From Candidatus Woesearchaeota archaeon (GTDB taxonomy: Archaea > Nanobdellota > Nanobdellia > Pacearchaeales > GW2011-AR1): a stretch of DNA of 32,283 nt. The position numbers were made by a program, and so were the translations under genes. Numbering within the stretch: the first letter of the stretch is position 1; each line of letters opens with the position of its first letter. Shown here piece by piece: positions 1 to 8,726 of this stretch. The notes beneath the pieces were generated by a model. It ran no database searches and had not been told where the DNA came from. It was given only the letters and a program-made list of their open reading frames with translations. Location: positions 1-32,283 of the forward strand of contig CAYZWY010000001.1 of NCBI GenBank assembly GCA_964482315.1. Direction: 5' to 3'.

Positions 1-46
1 TACACAAAATTTATTAAGAAAAAACTTTTTATTTTTATAAATCAAA

Positions 47-117
47 GCATCATTAGTTTAGTGGTAGAATAAGAGCTTCCCAAGTTCTAGACGCGAGTTC
101 GATTCTCGCATGGTGCA
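47..117 (+). tRNA. tRNA-Gly (anticodon CCC)
   Basis: 71-nt GC-rich island folded by hand. Acceptor stem GCATCAT/ATGGTGC, anticodon stem AGAGC/GTTCT, loop TTCCCAA, T-arm GCGAG-TTCGATT-CTCGC, discriminator A. No encoded CCA; a T-run follows. Confidence 0.85.
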
Positions 118-124
118 TTTATTC

Positions 125-131
125 TTTTTTT
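125..131 (+). terminator. oligo-T tract just downstream of tRNA-Gly (archaeal-style terminator)
   Basis: T7 run 8 nt after the tRNA 3' end. Archaeal RNAP terminates at oligo-T. Confidence 0.4.
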
Positions 132-224
132 CAACAATAAACATTTAAATAATGTATATCTTTCGTATATACAATCAAATCTTGATTCAGGCAAGAATCC
201 ATAAGGAAAAATTCCATATAAAAT

Positions 225-407
225 ATGATAAAAAGAAAATTTGATGCAAAATTAAGAAAAGTAGGAAATTCCTTTGTTATAACAATTCCAAGAGATACTA
301 TAAATAGATTTAAATTAAAACAAGGTTCTTTTTTAACTATAGATTTAAATTTTTCTGATTTAAAAAAATCAAATCAAAAAAGAAAAAATAAAGGAGAAAT
401 AAAATGA
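225..407 (+). CDS. AbrB/SpoVT-family small DNA-binding protein (60 aa)
   Basis: 'KLRKVGNSFVITIPRDTINRFKLKQGSFLTIDL' matches the SpoVT/AbrB swapped-hairpin pattern, followed by a basic tail. Its stop overlaps the next ATG (ATGA at 404-407). Confidence 0.6.
   Translation: MIKRKFDAKLRKVGNSFVITIPRDTINRFKLKQGSFLTIDLNFSDLKKSNQKRKNKGEIK
393..396 (+). promoter_or_regulatory. Shine-Dalgarno-like GGAG for the internal ORF at 404
   Basis: GGAG lies 7 nt upstream of the ATG at 404, inside the 3' end of the preceding ORF. Confidence 0.4.
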
Positions 408-730
408 AAAAAATTTTTGAATCTAAAAACTATCTTTCTAATATTTATATATTATCTATATTTTTTTGTCTATTGATAACTTTAAATCTTTTGAATATTT
501 TTGCTGATTTGAAAAACATTGATAATAATCTCACAGGCAAAGTTTCAGAGCAAATAAAATTTAATAATTCCTTGAAATCTGGATTTATATTTTATTTAAA
601 AATTTTGAGTTTTCTCTTTATCTTATTTATGGTTATTACCTTCCTAATTTTAAAAAATAGGAAAAAAAATATAAAAAAATCAAAGAAAATTTTAAAAAAC
701 ACAAATAAAAAAATAAATGAGAAAATTTAA
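404..730 (+). CDS. hypothetical small membrane protein (2 predicted TM helices, Lys-rich tail)
   Basis: Hydrophobic segments at about residues 13-33 and 60-83, then KNRKKNIKKSKK... No family recognised. Translationally coupled to its neighbours. Confidence 0.5.
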   Translation: MKKIFESKNYLSNIYILSIFFCLLITLNLLNIFADLKNIDNNLTGKVSEQIKFNNSLKSGFIFYLKILSFLFILFMVITFLILKNRKKNIKKSKKILKNTNKKINEKI

Positions 731-2108
731 AATCAAAAATCAAAAAAAATCAGAATTTAATTTGAAAGATTCAAAAAGAAAGGCTAGACACTTGATGATT
801 CAGGAAGGGATTTTTTCTAGAATAAAACAAACTCTTGGAAATAATTATGTTTCTGCTTTTGCAATAGCAATAAGGGCAAGTAATCAATTAATTGCATTTT
901 TATTTTCAATAACTAGCTTACTGGGCCCCTTGAGCCAATTATTTAGTTCTAAATTAGTTGAAAAATACTCTAGAAAAAAAATAGTCACCACAGCCATACT
1001 TTTAGAAACGATTTTGTGGTTTCCCTTAATTATAATTGCATTTTTATTTTATAAGGGGATTTTAACTTCTATTCTTCCTTTAATGCTTTTAATTTTTTTC
1101 TCTTTAACAATTCTTCTAGGGAATATCGGCCACCCTGCTTGGTTTTCTTGGATTGGTTCACTTATTACTAAAAATCATCGCGGGGAATGGTTTGCTAAAA
1201 GAAATTTTATCTTAGATTTAATATCTTTAATTCTTTCCATTCTTAGTGCAATTTTATTAGATTATTTCAAAAAAAATAATTCTATAATGATTGGTTTTAT
1301 AATTTTATTTTTATTAGCAGGCATTGGAAGAGTTATTGCTAGAGAATATTTTAAAAAAACTTATGAACCAAAATTTAAACTAAAAGAAAAAAATTATTTT
1401 AATTTTCTTAGTTTTGTAAAAAAGGCTTCTAAAAACAATTTTGGAAAATTTACGATTTTTATTGCTTTATTTTATTTAGTTGCTTCAATTGCAAGCCCAT
1501 TCTTCACAATTTACATGTTAAAAAATTTAGGATTTAGCTATATTACTTTTATAGCGGTTATTAGTTCTCAAATCTTATTTGGAATTCTTTCAATAAAATT
1601 TTGGGGTAAATTTTCAGATAAATATGGAAATTATGAATCCTTAAAAATAACTGCCATATTAATTCCATTTTATCCAATCTTATGGTTATTTTCTAAATCA
1701 CCAATATATTTAATTCTAGGCCCTAGTTTAATTGGGGGAATTGCTTGGGCAGGATTTAATCTAGCCTGTAATAATTTTATTTATGATTCAATAAAGGCGC
1801 AAAAAAGAAGCCTTGCAAGTTCTTATTTTAATGTATTAGTGGGTTTTGGAATATTTCTTGGAGCAGGAATCGGTGGAATTCTAATAAAAAATCTAGCAAT
1901 TACTTTTATGGATCCAATTTTATTTATCTTTTTAATTTCTAGTTTTGCAAGAACAATTATCCTCTTAATTGCAATCCCCCATATAAAAGAGATAAAAAAG
2001 GCTCAAAAATTTGATGGATCTAAAATAATAAAAAATTTAATTTCTAACAATTTAAAGAGTTTAGAAGATAAAAAGAATTTCCATTTGTTACCTAATGGAT
2101 ATAAATAA
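717..2108 (+). CDS. MFS-type transporter
   Basis: About 12 hydrophobic helices in two halves. MFS-like cytoplasmic loop motifs 'SSKLVEKYSRKKIV' and 'WGKFSDKYGNYESL'. The true start could be M27 (nt 795), which would remove the 14-nt overlap with the upstream ORF. Confidence 0.7.
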   Translation: MRKFKIKNQKKSEFNLKDSKRKARHLMIQEGIFSRIKQTLGNNYVSAFAIAIRASNQLIAFLFSITSLLGPLSQLFSSKLVEKYSRKKIVTTAILLETILWFPLIIIAFLFYKGILTSILPLMLLIFFSLTILLGNIGHPAWFSWIGSLITKNHRGEWFAKRNFILDLISLILSILSAILLDYFKKNNSIMIGFIILFLLAGIGRVIAREYFKKTYEPKFKLKEKNYFNFLSFVKKASKNNFGKFTIFIALFYLVASIASPFFTIYMLKNLGFSYITFIAVISSQILFGILSIKFWGKFSDKYGNYESLKITAILIPFYPILWLFSKSPIYLILGPSLIGGIAWAGFNLACNNFIYDSIKAQKRSLASSYFNVLVGFGIFLGAGIGGILIKNLAITFMDPILFIFLISSFARTIILLIAIPHIKEIKKAQKFDGSKIIKNLISNNLKSLEDKKNFHLLPNGYK

Positions 2109-2181
2109 AGATAAAAAATAGAAGAAACTAAAGATTATTAAAGCCCAAAAAATATTTAAAATTGAAAACTAAAAATTAAAT

Positions 2182-2874
2182 ATGAAAAAGAAAAAATGTC
2201 CGCACTGTGGGAATAATATTGAAAAGAAACATATTTTTTGCCCCTCTTGTGGAGAAAATTTAAAAGAAGGGCATAATAAAAAAGATTATGGTTTTTTAGG
2301 AAGAAATGATTTTATAAGTCAAGAAATCTTTCCAAAAAGTTTTTTAGGTCTTTTTAATAACAAATTCTTTTCAAATACAATGAAAATCTTAGAAAAACAA
2401 CTTCGAAATTTTTCTGAAGATTCTAATAAAAGAATCAATGAAGCTCCAAAAAGAAATTTGAATAAAACATTCAGTAATTTTACAAATAATTTAGACATAC
2501 AATTTTTTGTTAATGGTAAAAAAATTCCCTTAAAAAACATGGTTTCAAAATTTGAGCAAAAAAAACCACCAAAAATTGAAAAAATAAAAAACAAGATTAC
2601 AAAAGACCAAATAAAAAAATTTGCTAAATTACCAAAAAAAGAACCTAAATCAAAAGTAAGAAGATTGGGTGGAAGAATAATCTATGAATTCTCAATGCCT
2701 GGTGTAAATAAAATAGAAAATGTTCTAATCAACAGATTTGAAAATTCTATTGAAATAAAGGCACTATCAAAAAATAATCTTTATCTAAAAACCCTGAATA
2801 TTAATTTGCCAATAATCGGTTATAAATTCGAAAGAAATAATCTAATATTAGAATTAGATGCTAAAGAGAATTAA
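2182..2874 (+). CDS. zinc-ribbon protein with a C-terminal HSP20/alpha-crystallin-like domain
   Basis: N-terminal 'CPHCGNNIEKKHIFCPSCG' zinc ribbon. C-terminal 'YEFSMPGVNKIENVLINRFENSIEIKA...YLKTLNINLP...NNLILEL' resembles the HSP20 pattern (PGV.k.di.i....L.I.a...y...i.LP....ngvL.i.l). Confidence 0.45.
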   Translation: MKKKKCPHCGNNIEKKHIFCPSCGENLKEGHNKKDYGFLGRNDFISQEIFPKSFLGLFNNKFFSNTMKILEKQLRNFSEDSNKRINEAPKRNLNKTFSNFTNNLDIQFFVNGKKIPLKNMVSKFEQKKPPKIEKIKNKITKDQIKKFAKLPKKEPKSKVRRLGGRIIYEFSMPGVNKIENVLINRFENSIEIKALSKNNLYLKTLNINLPIIGYKFERNNLILELDAKEN

Positions 2875-2926
2875 AATTAAAAGTCTCTTGCTGTTAATTT
2901 CTTATAATTTATTCTATTTTAAAACA

Positions 2927-3001
2927 TGAGCCTGCTCGGAGTTGAACCGAGGACCCCTACCTTATCAGAGTAGTGCTCTAACCAGGCTGAGCTACAGGCT
3001 C
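2927..3001 (-). tRNA. tRNA-Ile (anticodon GAU)
   Basis: The reverse complement folds as GAGCCTG-TA-GCTC-AGCCTGGTTA-GAGC-A-CTACT-CTGATAA-GGTAG-GGGTC-CTCGG-TTCAACT-CCGAG-CAGGCTC-A. 75 nt, no intron, no CCA. Confidence 0.85.
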
Positions 3002-3020
3002 ATGAATTTTTAAATAAGTT

Positions 3021-3034
3021 ATTATTTATAAACC
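3021..3034 (-). promoter_or_regulatory. TATA-like box for tRNA-Ile
   Basis: The minus strand reads GGTTTATAAATAAT, centred about 26 nt upstream of the tRNA 5' end. Confidence 0.45.
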
Positions 3035-3133
3035 TTAACATCATTCATTTTTAAAATTTAATATCCAAGAAAAAGAATACTTTAATCAAACTTAATTAAG
3101 AAAATTTCTATTAAATTTTTCTTTAAACCCAAA

Positions 3134-3143
3134 CTTTAAAAAC
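3134..3143 (+). promoter_or_regulatory. TATA-like box for rpl15e (leaderless spacing)
   Basis: CTTTAAAAAC is centred about 26 nt upstream of the ATG at 3164. Confidence 0.45.
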
Positions 3144-3163
3144 CTTTTTTTTCTAAATCCATC

Positions 3164-3736
3164 ATGGTAAAAGGATTATATCACTATCTTAGAGAAAATT
3201 GGAAGAAACCAAAAAAAGAAGAACTTAGAAAACTAATGATTGATTGGAGAAAAGGTAATTCTGTTACAAAAATTGATAAACCAACAAGACTAGATAGGGC
3301 GCATTCATTAGGTTATAAGGCAAAAAAAGGATTTGTTATTGCAAGAGTTAAAATTCTAAGAGGTGGAAGAAAAAGAACAAGACCTAAAAAAGGCAGAAAA
3401 ACTAAAAATCAAACAGTAAGAAAAAATCTAAAGATGAATTATCAATGGGTTGCTGAACAACGAGCTCAAAAGAAATTTAAAAATCTTGAAGTTTTAAACA
3501 GTTATAAACTTGGAAAAGATGGAAGACATTATTTTTATGAAATAATTTTAATAGATCCTACAAAATCTGAAATTAAAAATAATAAAAAAATTAATTGGAT
3601 TTGCAAAAAAACAAATCAAAAAAGAGTCTATAGGGGATTGACATCTGCTGGAAAAAAATCAAGGGGTTTAAGAAAAAAATCTCCTACAAATAAAAATCGT
3701 CCAAGTGGGCGAGCCGGAAAAAGAAAAGGTAAATAA
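3164..3736 (+). CDS. rpl15e: 50S ribosomal protein L15e (eL15)
   Basis: 'MVKGLYHYLRENWKKP...LMIDWRK...RLDRAHSLGYKAKKGFVIARVKILRGGRKR' is typical eL15, with typical length. Confidence 0.9.
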   Translation: MVKGLYHYLRENWKKPKKEELRKLMIDWRKGNSVTKIDKPTRLDRAHSLGYKAKKGFVIARVKILRGGRKRTRPKKGRKTKNQTVRKNLKMNYQWVAEQRAQKKFKNLEVLNSYKLGKDGRHYFYEIILIDPTKSEIKNNKKINWICKKTNQKRVYRGLTSAGKKSRGLRKKSPTNKNRPSGRAGKRKGK

Positions 3737-3854
3737 TTTATCTTAAAAATATAAAAATTTAGAATTTCTTAAACAAATATCTTTTAAATATAACAAGTTT
3801 ATCTTTATAAACAAAACTATAAAAAGATAATAAACTTTTATAATAAAAGAGACA

Positions 3855-5558
3855 ATGAGATACATTAATTTATGCGGGATATACCAAAAATTAGAAGAAA
3901 ATCCAAAAAGATTGAAAAAAATAGAAATTCTATCAGATTTTTTAAGGCAAATAAAAAAAACAAATGAAGAAGAAATCATTTATTTATTACAAGGAAAAAT
4001 TTTCCCAGATTATGTAAAAAAAGAATTTGGAATTTCAGAGAAACTATGTATAAAAGCACTTTCAAAAGTTTCAGGGATTTCTTTAGGGCAAGTAACAAAA
4101 AAATGGAAAAAATTTGGGGATCTAGGATTCGTTGCTGAAAAAATAATTTTAGAAAAAACTCAATCAGCCCTATTTTTTGAGGAGATAACTATTAAAAAAA
4201 TACTCACAGATTTAAGAAAAATTACAGAATTAAAAGGAATCGGTGCAGTAGATAAAAAACTTGCAATTATTTCTGGATTATTAAACTCTGCAAGACCTAT
4301 TGAAGCAAAATATATTATTCGAACCCTACTAGCAGATCTAAGAATCGGCCTTGGTGAAGGGACATTAAGAGATTCAATTGTTTCTGCTTGTTTTAAATTT
4401 AAAGATATCACTGAAAAAAAATTAATCGCAAATCTTATTCAAGAAGCCTATAATAAATGCATTGATTTTAAATTGATTTTTGAGAAATCTTGCGAAGGAA
4501 TGAAATCTTTAAATTCTATAGATTTAATTCCTGGAAGACCTATGAAAGTTATGCTTTTTTTAAAAGAAAAAACAATAGAAGAAGGATTCAAAAGAGTAGG
4601 AAAACCTTGTTTAATTGATTATAAATATGATGGATTTAGAATAATAATTACTAAGGAAAAAAATAAAAAAATTAAAACTTTTACAAGAAGGCTTGAAGAA
4701 GTTAGTGAACAATTCCCAGAAATCATAGAATATGTAAGCAAATATGTAAATGCTGAATCTTTTATTTTAGATGCTGAAGCTATTGGTTTTGATTTGAAAA
4801 AAAAGACCTATAAACCTTTTCAAGATATTTCCCAAAGAATAAAAAGAAAATATCATATAAAAGAAATTGCGAAAAAACTTCCAATAGAAATTAATGTCTT
4901 TGACATTATTTATTATAATGGGAGGAATTTGATTAAAGAACCATTAAAAGAGAGAAGAAAAATTTTAGAAAAAATAATAAAACAAGAAAAATATAAATTA
5001 AAACTTTCAGAAGCAATAATTACCGGGAATTTAATTCAAGCAGAAAAATTCTATGAAAAAGCCTTAAATCTCGGAGAAGAAGGAATCATGATGAAAAATT
5101 TGGATGCACCTTATAAACCTGGTGCAAGAGTTGGTTATGGAATTAAAATAAAACCTATTGGAGAAGAATTAGATTTAGTGATCACTAATGCCGAATACGG
5201 GACTGGAAAAAGAGCTGGATGGCTGACTAGTTATACTCTTTCATGTAAAAATAAAGAAGAGCTATTAGAAATTGGAAAAGCCTCAACAGGATTAAAAGAA
5301 AAAGAAGAACTTGGACTCTCCTTTAAAGAATTAACGAAAAAATTAAAACCATTAATTAAAAAAGAAATTGGGAGAAAAATAATTGTCAAACCAGATTTAG
5401 TTGTTACTATAATCTATCAAAATATTCAGAAATCTCCAACCTACAATTCTGGTTATGCTTTAAGATTTCCAAGAATAATAAGATTGCGGCCTGATCGTTC
5501 AATTAAAGATATTGCAGATATCAAAGAAATAACAAAAGAATTTGAAAAACAAAAATAG
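3855..5558 (+). CDS. lig: ATP-dependent DNA ligase
   Basis: Adenylation motif I 'DYKYDGFRI', 'ILDAEAI', 'EGIMMKNLDAPYKPGARVGYGIKIKP', 'LRFPRIIRLRPDR'. 567 aa, archaeal Lig1-like. Confidence 0.92.
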   Translation: MRYINLCGIYQKLEENPKRLKKIEILSDFLRQIKKTNEEEIIYLLQGKIFPDYVKKEFGISEKLCIKALSKVSGISLGQVTKKWKKFGDLGFVAEKIILEKTQSALFFEEITIKKILTDLRKITELKGIGAVDKKLAIISGLLNSARPIEAKYIIRTLLADLRIGLGEGTLRDSIVSACFKFKDITEKKLIANLIQEAYNKCIDFKLIFEKSCEGMKSLNSIDLIPGRPMKVMLFLKEKTIEEGFKRVGKPCLIDYKYDGFRIIITKEKNKKIKTFTRRLEEVSEQFPEIIEYVSKYVNAESFILDAEAIGFDLKKKTYKPFQDISQRIKRKYHIKEIAKKLPIEINVFDIIYYNGRNLIKEPLKERRKILEKIIKQEKYKLKLSEAIITGNLIQAEKFYEKALNLGEEGIMMKNLDAPYKPGARVGYGIKIKPIGEELDLVITNAEYGTGKRAGWLTSYTLSCKNKEELLEIGKASTGLKEKEELGLSFKELTKKLKPLIKKEIGRKIIVKPDLVVTIIYQNIQKSPTYNSGYALRFPRIIRLRPDRSIKDIADIKEITKEFEKQK

Positions 5559-5566
5559 AAAATCCA

Positions 5567-6694
5567 TTAAAAATTTTCTAATATTTTTTTATAAACTTTA
5601 ACTGCTTTTTTAAGTTGACTTATTTCAATAAATTCATCAGCCTTATGTAATTGTGAAAATCTTCCAGGACCTAAAATGATGCATGGAATCTTTCCAATAT
5701 TTGTTAAAATCTCTGCCTCTGTATAATAGGGTGCAGTAGTTATCTTAAAATTCATTCCCATGTCTTTTAATATTTTTGCTACAATTAAAACTATTCTTTC
5801 TTTTTTAGAAATTTTATGGGGGGAATACCCTGAATTTAATTTTGCACTACACCCTTGTGATTTTGCTATTTTTTTAATATCTTTAAAAATCTCTTTAGGA
5901 ATCTGTGGTGGGACTAATCTATAATCTAAACTTACCAAACACCTATCTGGAACAATATTTGTTGCTAAACCACCAGAAATCTTGCCGATATTAATCGTTG
6001 GCTTTCCTAATAATTTGTCTTTAATTTTAATATTTTTTGATTTATTGAATAATAATAATTTTTTTATTACACTTAATGCATTATAAATTGCATTGTCCCC
6101 TTTTTCTGGCATTGAACTATGCGCAGATTTCCCATAACAAGTAATTTCAACATCTATTGCACCCTTATGAGCAATTGCAAGCCCTAAATTGTTTGGTTCA
6201 CATACAATCCCATACTTAACGTTTGGCAAATATTTTTTTATTTTTGGTGCAAATTTTTTAACCCCTTCTAAAGTTGTTTCTTCATCCACAGTAAAAACCA
6301 AAGCAAAATTTTTCTTTTTTGCAGAAAGTCCCGCAATAATTGTTGATGCAAGTGGACCTTTCATATCACAAGCACCACGCCCATAAATTTTTTTTGAATT
6401 AGATTCACCAAGAGGATTTCTTGTCCAACCCTTACCGATTGGCACAGTATCCATATGTGAAGAAAAAAATATTTCAGAATCTTTAGGATTTCCTGCATGC
6501 GCGATTATATTTTCTTTATTCTCACTTATCCTTTGTTTCATTATTGTAAATCCTGCATCAGCCAAAAGATTTGCAATAAAATTTCCCATCTTTTTTGTAC
6601 CGTTTAAAGAATTTTCTGTATTAAATCCAATTAATTTTTTGGTTAGTTTAACAACATCTCTTTTTAAAGATTTGGGATAATCTCTTTCTTTCAT
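5567..6694 (-). CDS. M20-family metallopeptidase/deacylase (ArgE/DapE/LysK-like)
   Basis: 'FSSHMDTVP', 'YGRGACDMKG', 'FTVDEET' metal-ligand motifs. 375 aa. Confidence 0.8.
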   Translation of the reverse strand: MKERDYPKSLKRDVVKLTKKLIGFNTENSLNGTKKMGNFIANLLADAGFTIMKQRISENKENIIAHAGNPKDSEIFFSSHMDTVPIGKGWTRNPLGESNSKKIYGRGACDMKGPLASTIIAGLSAKKKNFALVFTVDEETTLEGVKKFAPKIKKYLPNVKYGIVCEPNNLGLAIAHKGAIDVEITCYGKSAHSSMPEKGDNAIYNALSVIKKLLLFNKSKNIKIKDKLLGKPTINIGKISGGLATNIVPDRCLVSLDYRLVPPQIPKEIFKDIKKIAKSQGCSAKLNSGYSPHKISKKERIVLIVAKILKDMGMNFKITTAPYYTEAEILTNIGKIPCIILGPGRFSQLHKADEFIEISQLKKAVKVYKKILENF

Positions 6695-6809
6695 AAGAAA
6701 ATTAATGAAAATTACTTTTTAATCTTTTTCTAAAATATTAAAAAAAATAATTTTTTAATAAATAATAAAAAAATCCATTAAAAACAAAACTTTATAAATA
6801 GAATAATCA

Positions 6810-6817
6810 TTTAAATA
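6810..6817 (+). promoter_or_regulatory. TATA box candidate for tbp
   Basis: TTTAAATA is centred about 26 nt upstream of the ATG at 6839. An alternative is TTTATAAATA at 6791-6800 with a GAGG at 6830-6833. Confidence 0.4.
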
Positions 6818-6838
6818 CTATAATTATTCGAGGATAAA

Positions 6839-7423
6839 ATGGCTAAAAAAACAAAAAATACAACAATCAAATCTAAAACTTCTTTAAAAATTCAGAATAT
6901 TGTTGCTACTGCTTCTTTAAAAAAAGATGTCTCACTAACAAAATTAGCAAAAACAATCCCAAATACAGAATATAACCCTGAACAATTTCCAGGATTAGTT
7001 TTAAGAATTAAAGAACCAAAATCTGCAGTATTAGTTTTTTCTTCTGGAAATTTAGTTTGTACTGGAACAAAATCTATAATCCAAGTTAAAAAAGTAATAG
7101 ATCAAGTAATTAAAACTTTAAGGAAAATAAATGTTAAGATTACAGAAAAACCAAAAATAACTGTTCAAAATATTGTTGCTTCTGGAACTACAAATATGAA
7201 ACTTAATCTTAATTTTCTTGCATTAGAACTAGAAAATACAGAATACGAACCTGAACAATTTCCAGGATTAGTCTATAAATTAATTGAACCAAATGCAACT
7301 TTTCTTCTTTTTTCAAATGGAAAATTAGTTTGTACTGGAACAAAGAATAATAAACAACTTAAAGAATCAATTGAAGAACTAATTAAAAAACTCAAAAGTA
7401 TTAAAAAATTTGGAAAAAGTTAA
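6839..7423 (+). CDS. tbp: TATA-box binding protein
   Basis: Two internal repeats: 'IQNIVATASL...EYNPEQFPGLVLRI...LVFSSGNLVCTGTKS' and 'VQNIVASGT...EYEPEQFPGLVYKL...LLFSNGKLVCTGTKN'. Confidence 0.95.
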   Translation: MAKKTKNTTIKSKTSLKIQNIVATASLKKDVSLTKLAKTIPNTEYNPEQFPGLVLRIKEPKSAVLVFSSGNLVCTGTKSIIQVKKVIDQVIKTLRKINVKITEKPKITVQNIVASGTTNMKLNLNFLALELENTEYEPEQFPGLVYKLIEPNATFLLFSNGKLVCTGTKNNKQLKESIEELIKKLKSIKKFGKS

Positions 7424-7567
7424 AATAATTCTTAAGTATTTTTACTCTGCAAAAAATTTAAAAAATTCCAATAGCAAAATCTTAATTTCTATTAAAAGAT
7501 AATTTTATTAAGTTATTTGTTTCTCTTTTTTTAAAGCATATAAATTAGATTATATAAATAAAATTAC

Positions 7568-8701
7568 ATGAATTTAAAAATAAATAAAAAGTTTTGGTCA
7601 ACGTGTTTTACTTTAAGTGGAGCAATGATGGGTGCTGGAATTCTTGGATTGCCCTATATTTTTTCTAAATCTGGTTTTTTGATTGGTCTTTTCTGGTTAA
7701 TTTTATTAGGGTCCATTATAATCTTTGTTAATCTTTGTTTAGGTGAAATTAGTTTAAGAACCAAAGGAAAACACCACGTAATAGGGTATGCAAAGAGATA
7801 TTTAGGAAAATTTGGAAAAAGAGCTATGTTGTTTCTAATTGTTTTTGGAATCTATTCTGCCTTAATAGCTTATTTAATCGGTGAAGGTCAAAGTTTATCT
7901 AAACTTTTCTTTGGAAATTTAAATTATGCTATTTTTTTTGCAATTGGTTTTTGGTTAATTATGGTTTTTCTACTAGGAAAAGGCTTAAAAGAATTAAGAA
8001 AAATTGAGACCTGGGGTGTCCTCGCTATTATTTCAATAATTCTTGGATTTTTTATTTACTTTTCTTCTAAAATAAAACTAACTAATCTTTTATATGTAAA
8101 TTTTTCAAATTTATTGCTACCTTTTGGAGTCATTCTTTTTGCACTTATGGGGTTTACTTCAATACCAGAACTTAGATTAGAAATAAAGGGCCAAGAAAAA
8201 TTATTTAAGAAATCTATTCTTATAGGTATTTTAATTCCAATTGGCCTTTATATTCTCTTTACTTTTGCTTTTGTAGGCATCTTAGGTCTTAATATTCCTG
8301 AAGTTGCAACGCTTAGTTCTAATGTCTTTATGAATTTATTAGGTATTTTTACAATGTTAACTAGTTTTTTTGTTTTAAGTTTTTCTTTAAAAGACATATT
8401 TGAATTTGACTTAAAATTCTCAAAAAAATCTAGTTTTCTTTTTGTTTCTTTAATTCCTTTATTACTTTATCTGATTATTACTTTATTTAATTTATTAGAT
8501 TTTATTAGTGTTATTGCAATTGGTGGTGTTGTCTGCGGAGGATTGGCTGGAATTTTAATTTTAATTATAAATAAGAGAGCAAAAAAACAAGGAAATAGAA
8601 ATCCAGAATATAAAATGCCTTTAAATTGGTTCTGGATAATTTTCCTAAGTTTAATATTTATTTTTGGAATTTTAATAGAATTGTTTAAATTAATTAATTG
8701 A
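7568..8701 (+). CDS. amino-acid transporter (Trp/Tyr-permease / Aa_trans-like)
   Basis: 'LSGAMMGAGILGLPYIFSKSGF' N-terminal signature and about 11 hydrophobic helices. Confidence 0.7.
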   Translation: MNLKINKKFWSTCFTLSGAMMGAGILGLPYIFSKSGFLIGLFWLILLGSIIIFVNLCLGEISLRTKGKHHVIGYAKRYLGKFGKRAMLFLIVFGIYSALIAYLIGEGQSLSKLFFGNLNYAIFFAIGFWLIMVFLLGKGLKELRKIETWGVLAIISIILGFFIYFSSKIKLTNLLYVNFSNLLLPFGVILFALMGFTSIPELRLEIKGQEKLFKKSILIGILIPIGLYILFTFAFVGILGLNIPEVATLSSNVFMNLLGIFTMLTSFFVLSFSLKDIFEFDLKFSKKSSFLFVSLIPLLLYLIITLFNLLDFISVIAIGGVVCGGLAGILILIINKRAKKQGNRNPEYKMPLNWFWIIFLSLIFIFGILIELFKLIN

Positions 8702-8726
8702 TAAATATATCTTGCTCCTCAGTTCT

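Noticed and set aside
225-730. AbrB-like ORF plus downstream ORF as a classical type II toxin-antitoxin pair.
   Set aside because: The downstream protein has no PIN, MazF, RelE or other known toxin features and is a 2-TM membrane protein. It is kept only as a low-probability alternative within the operon finding.
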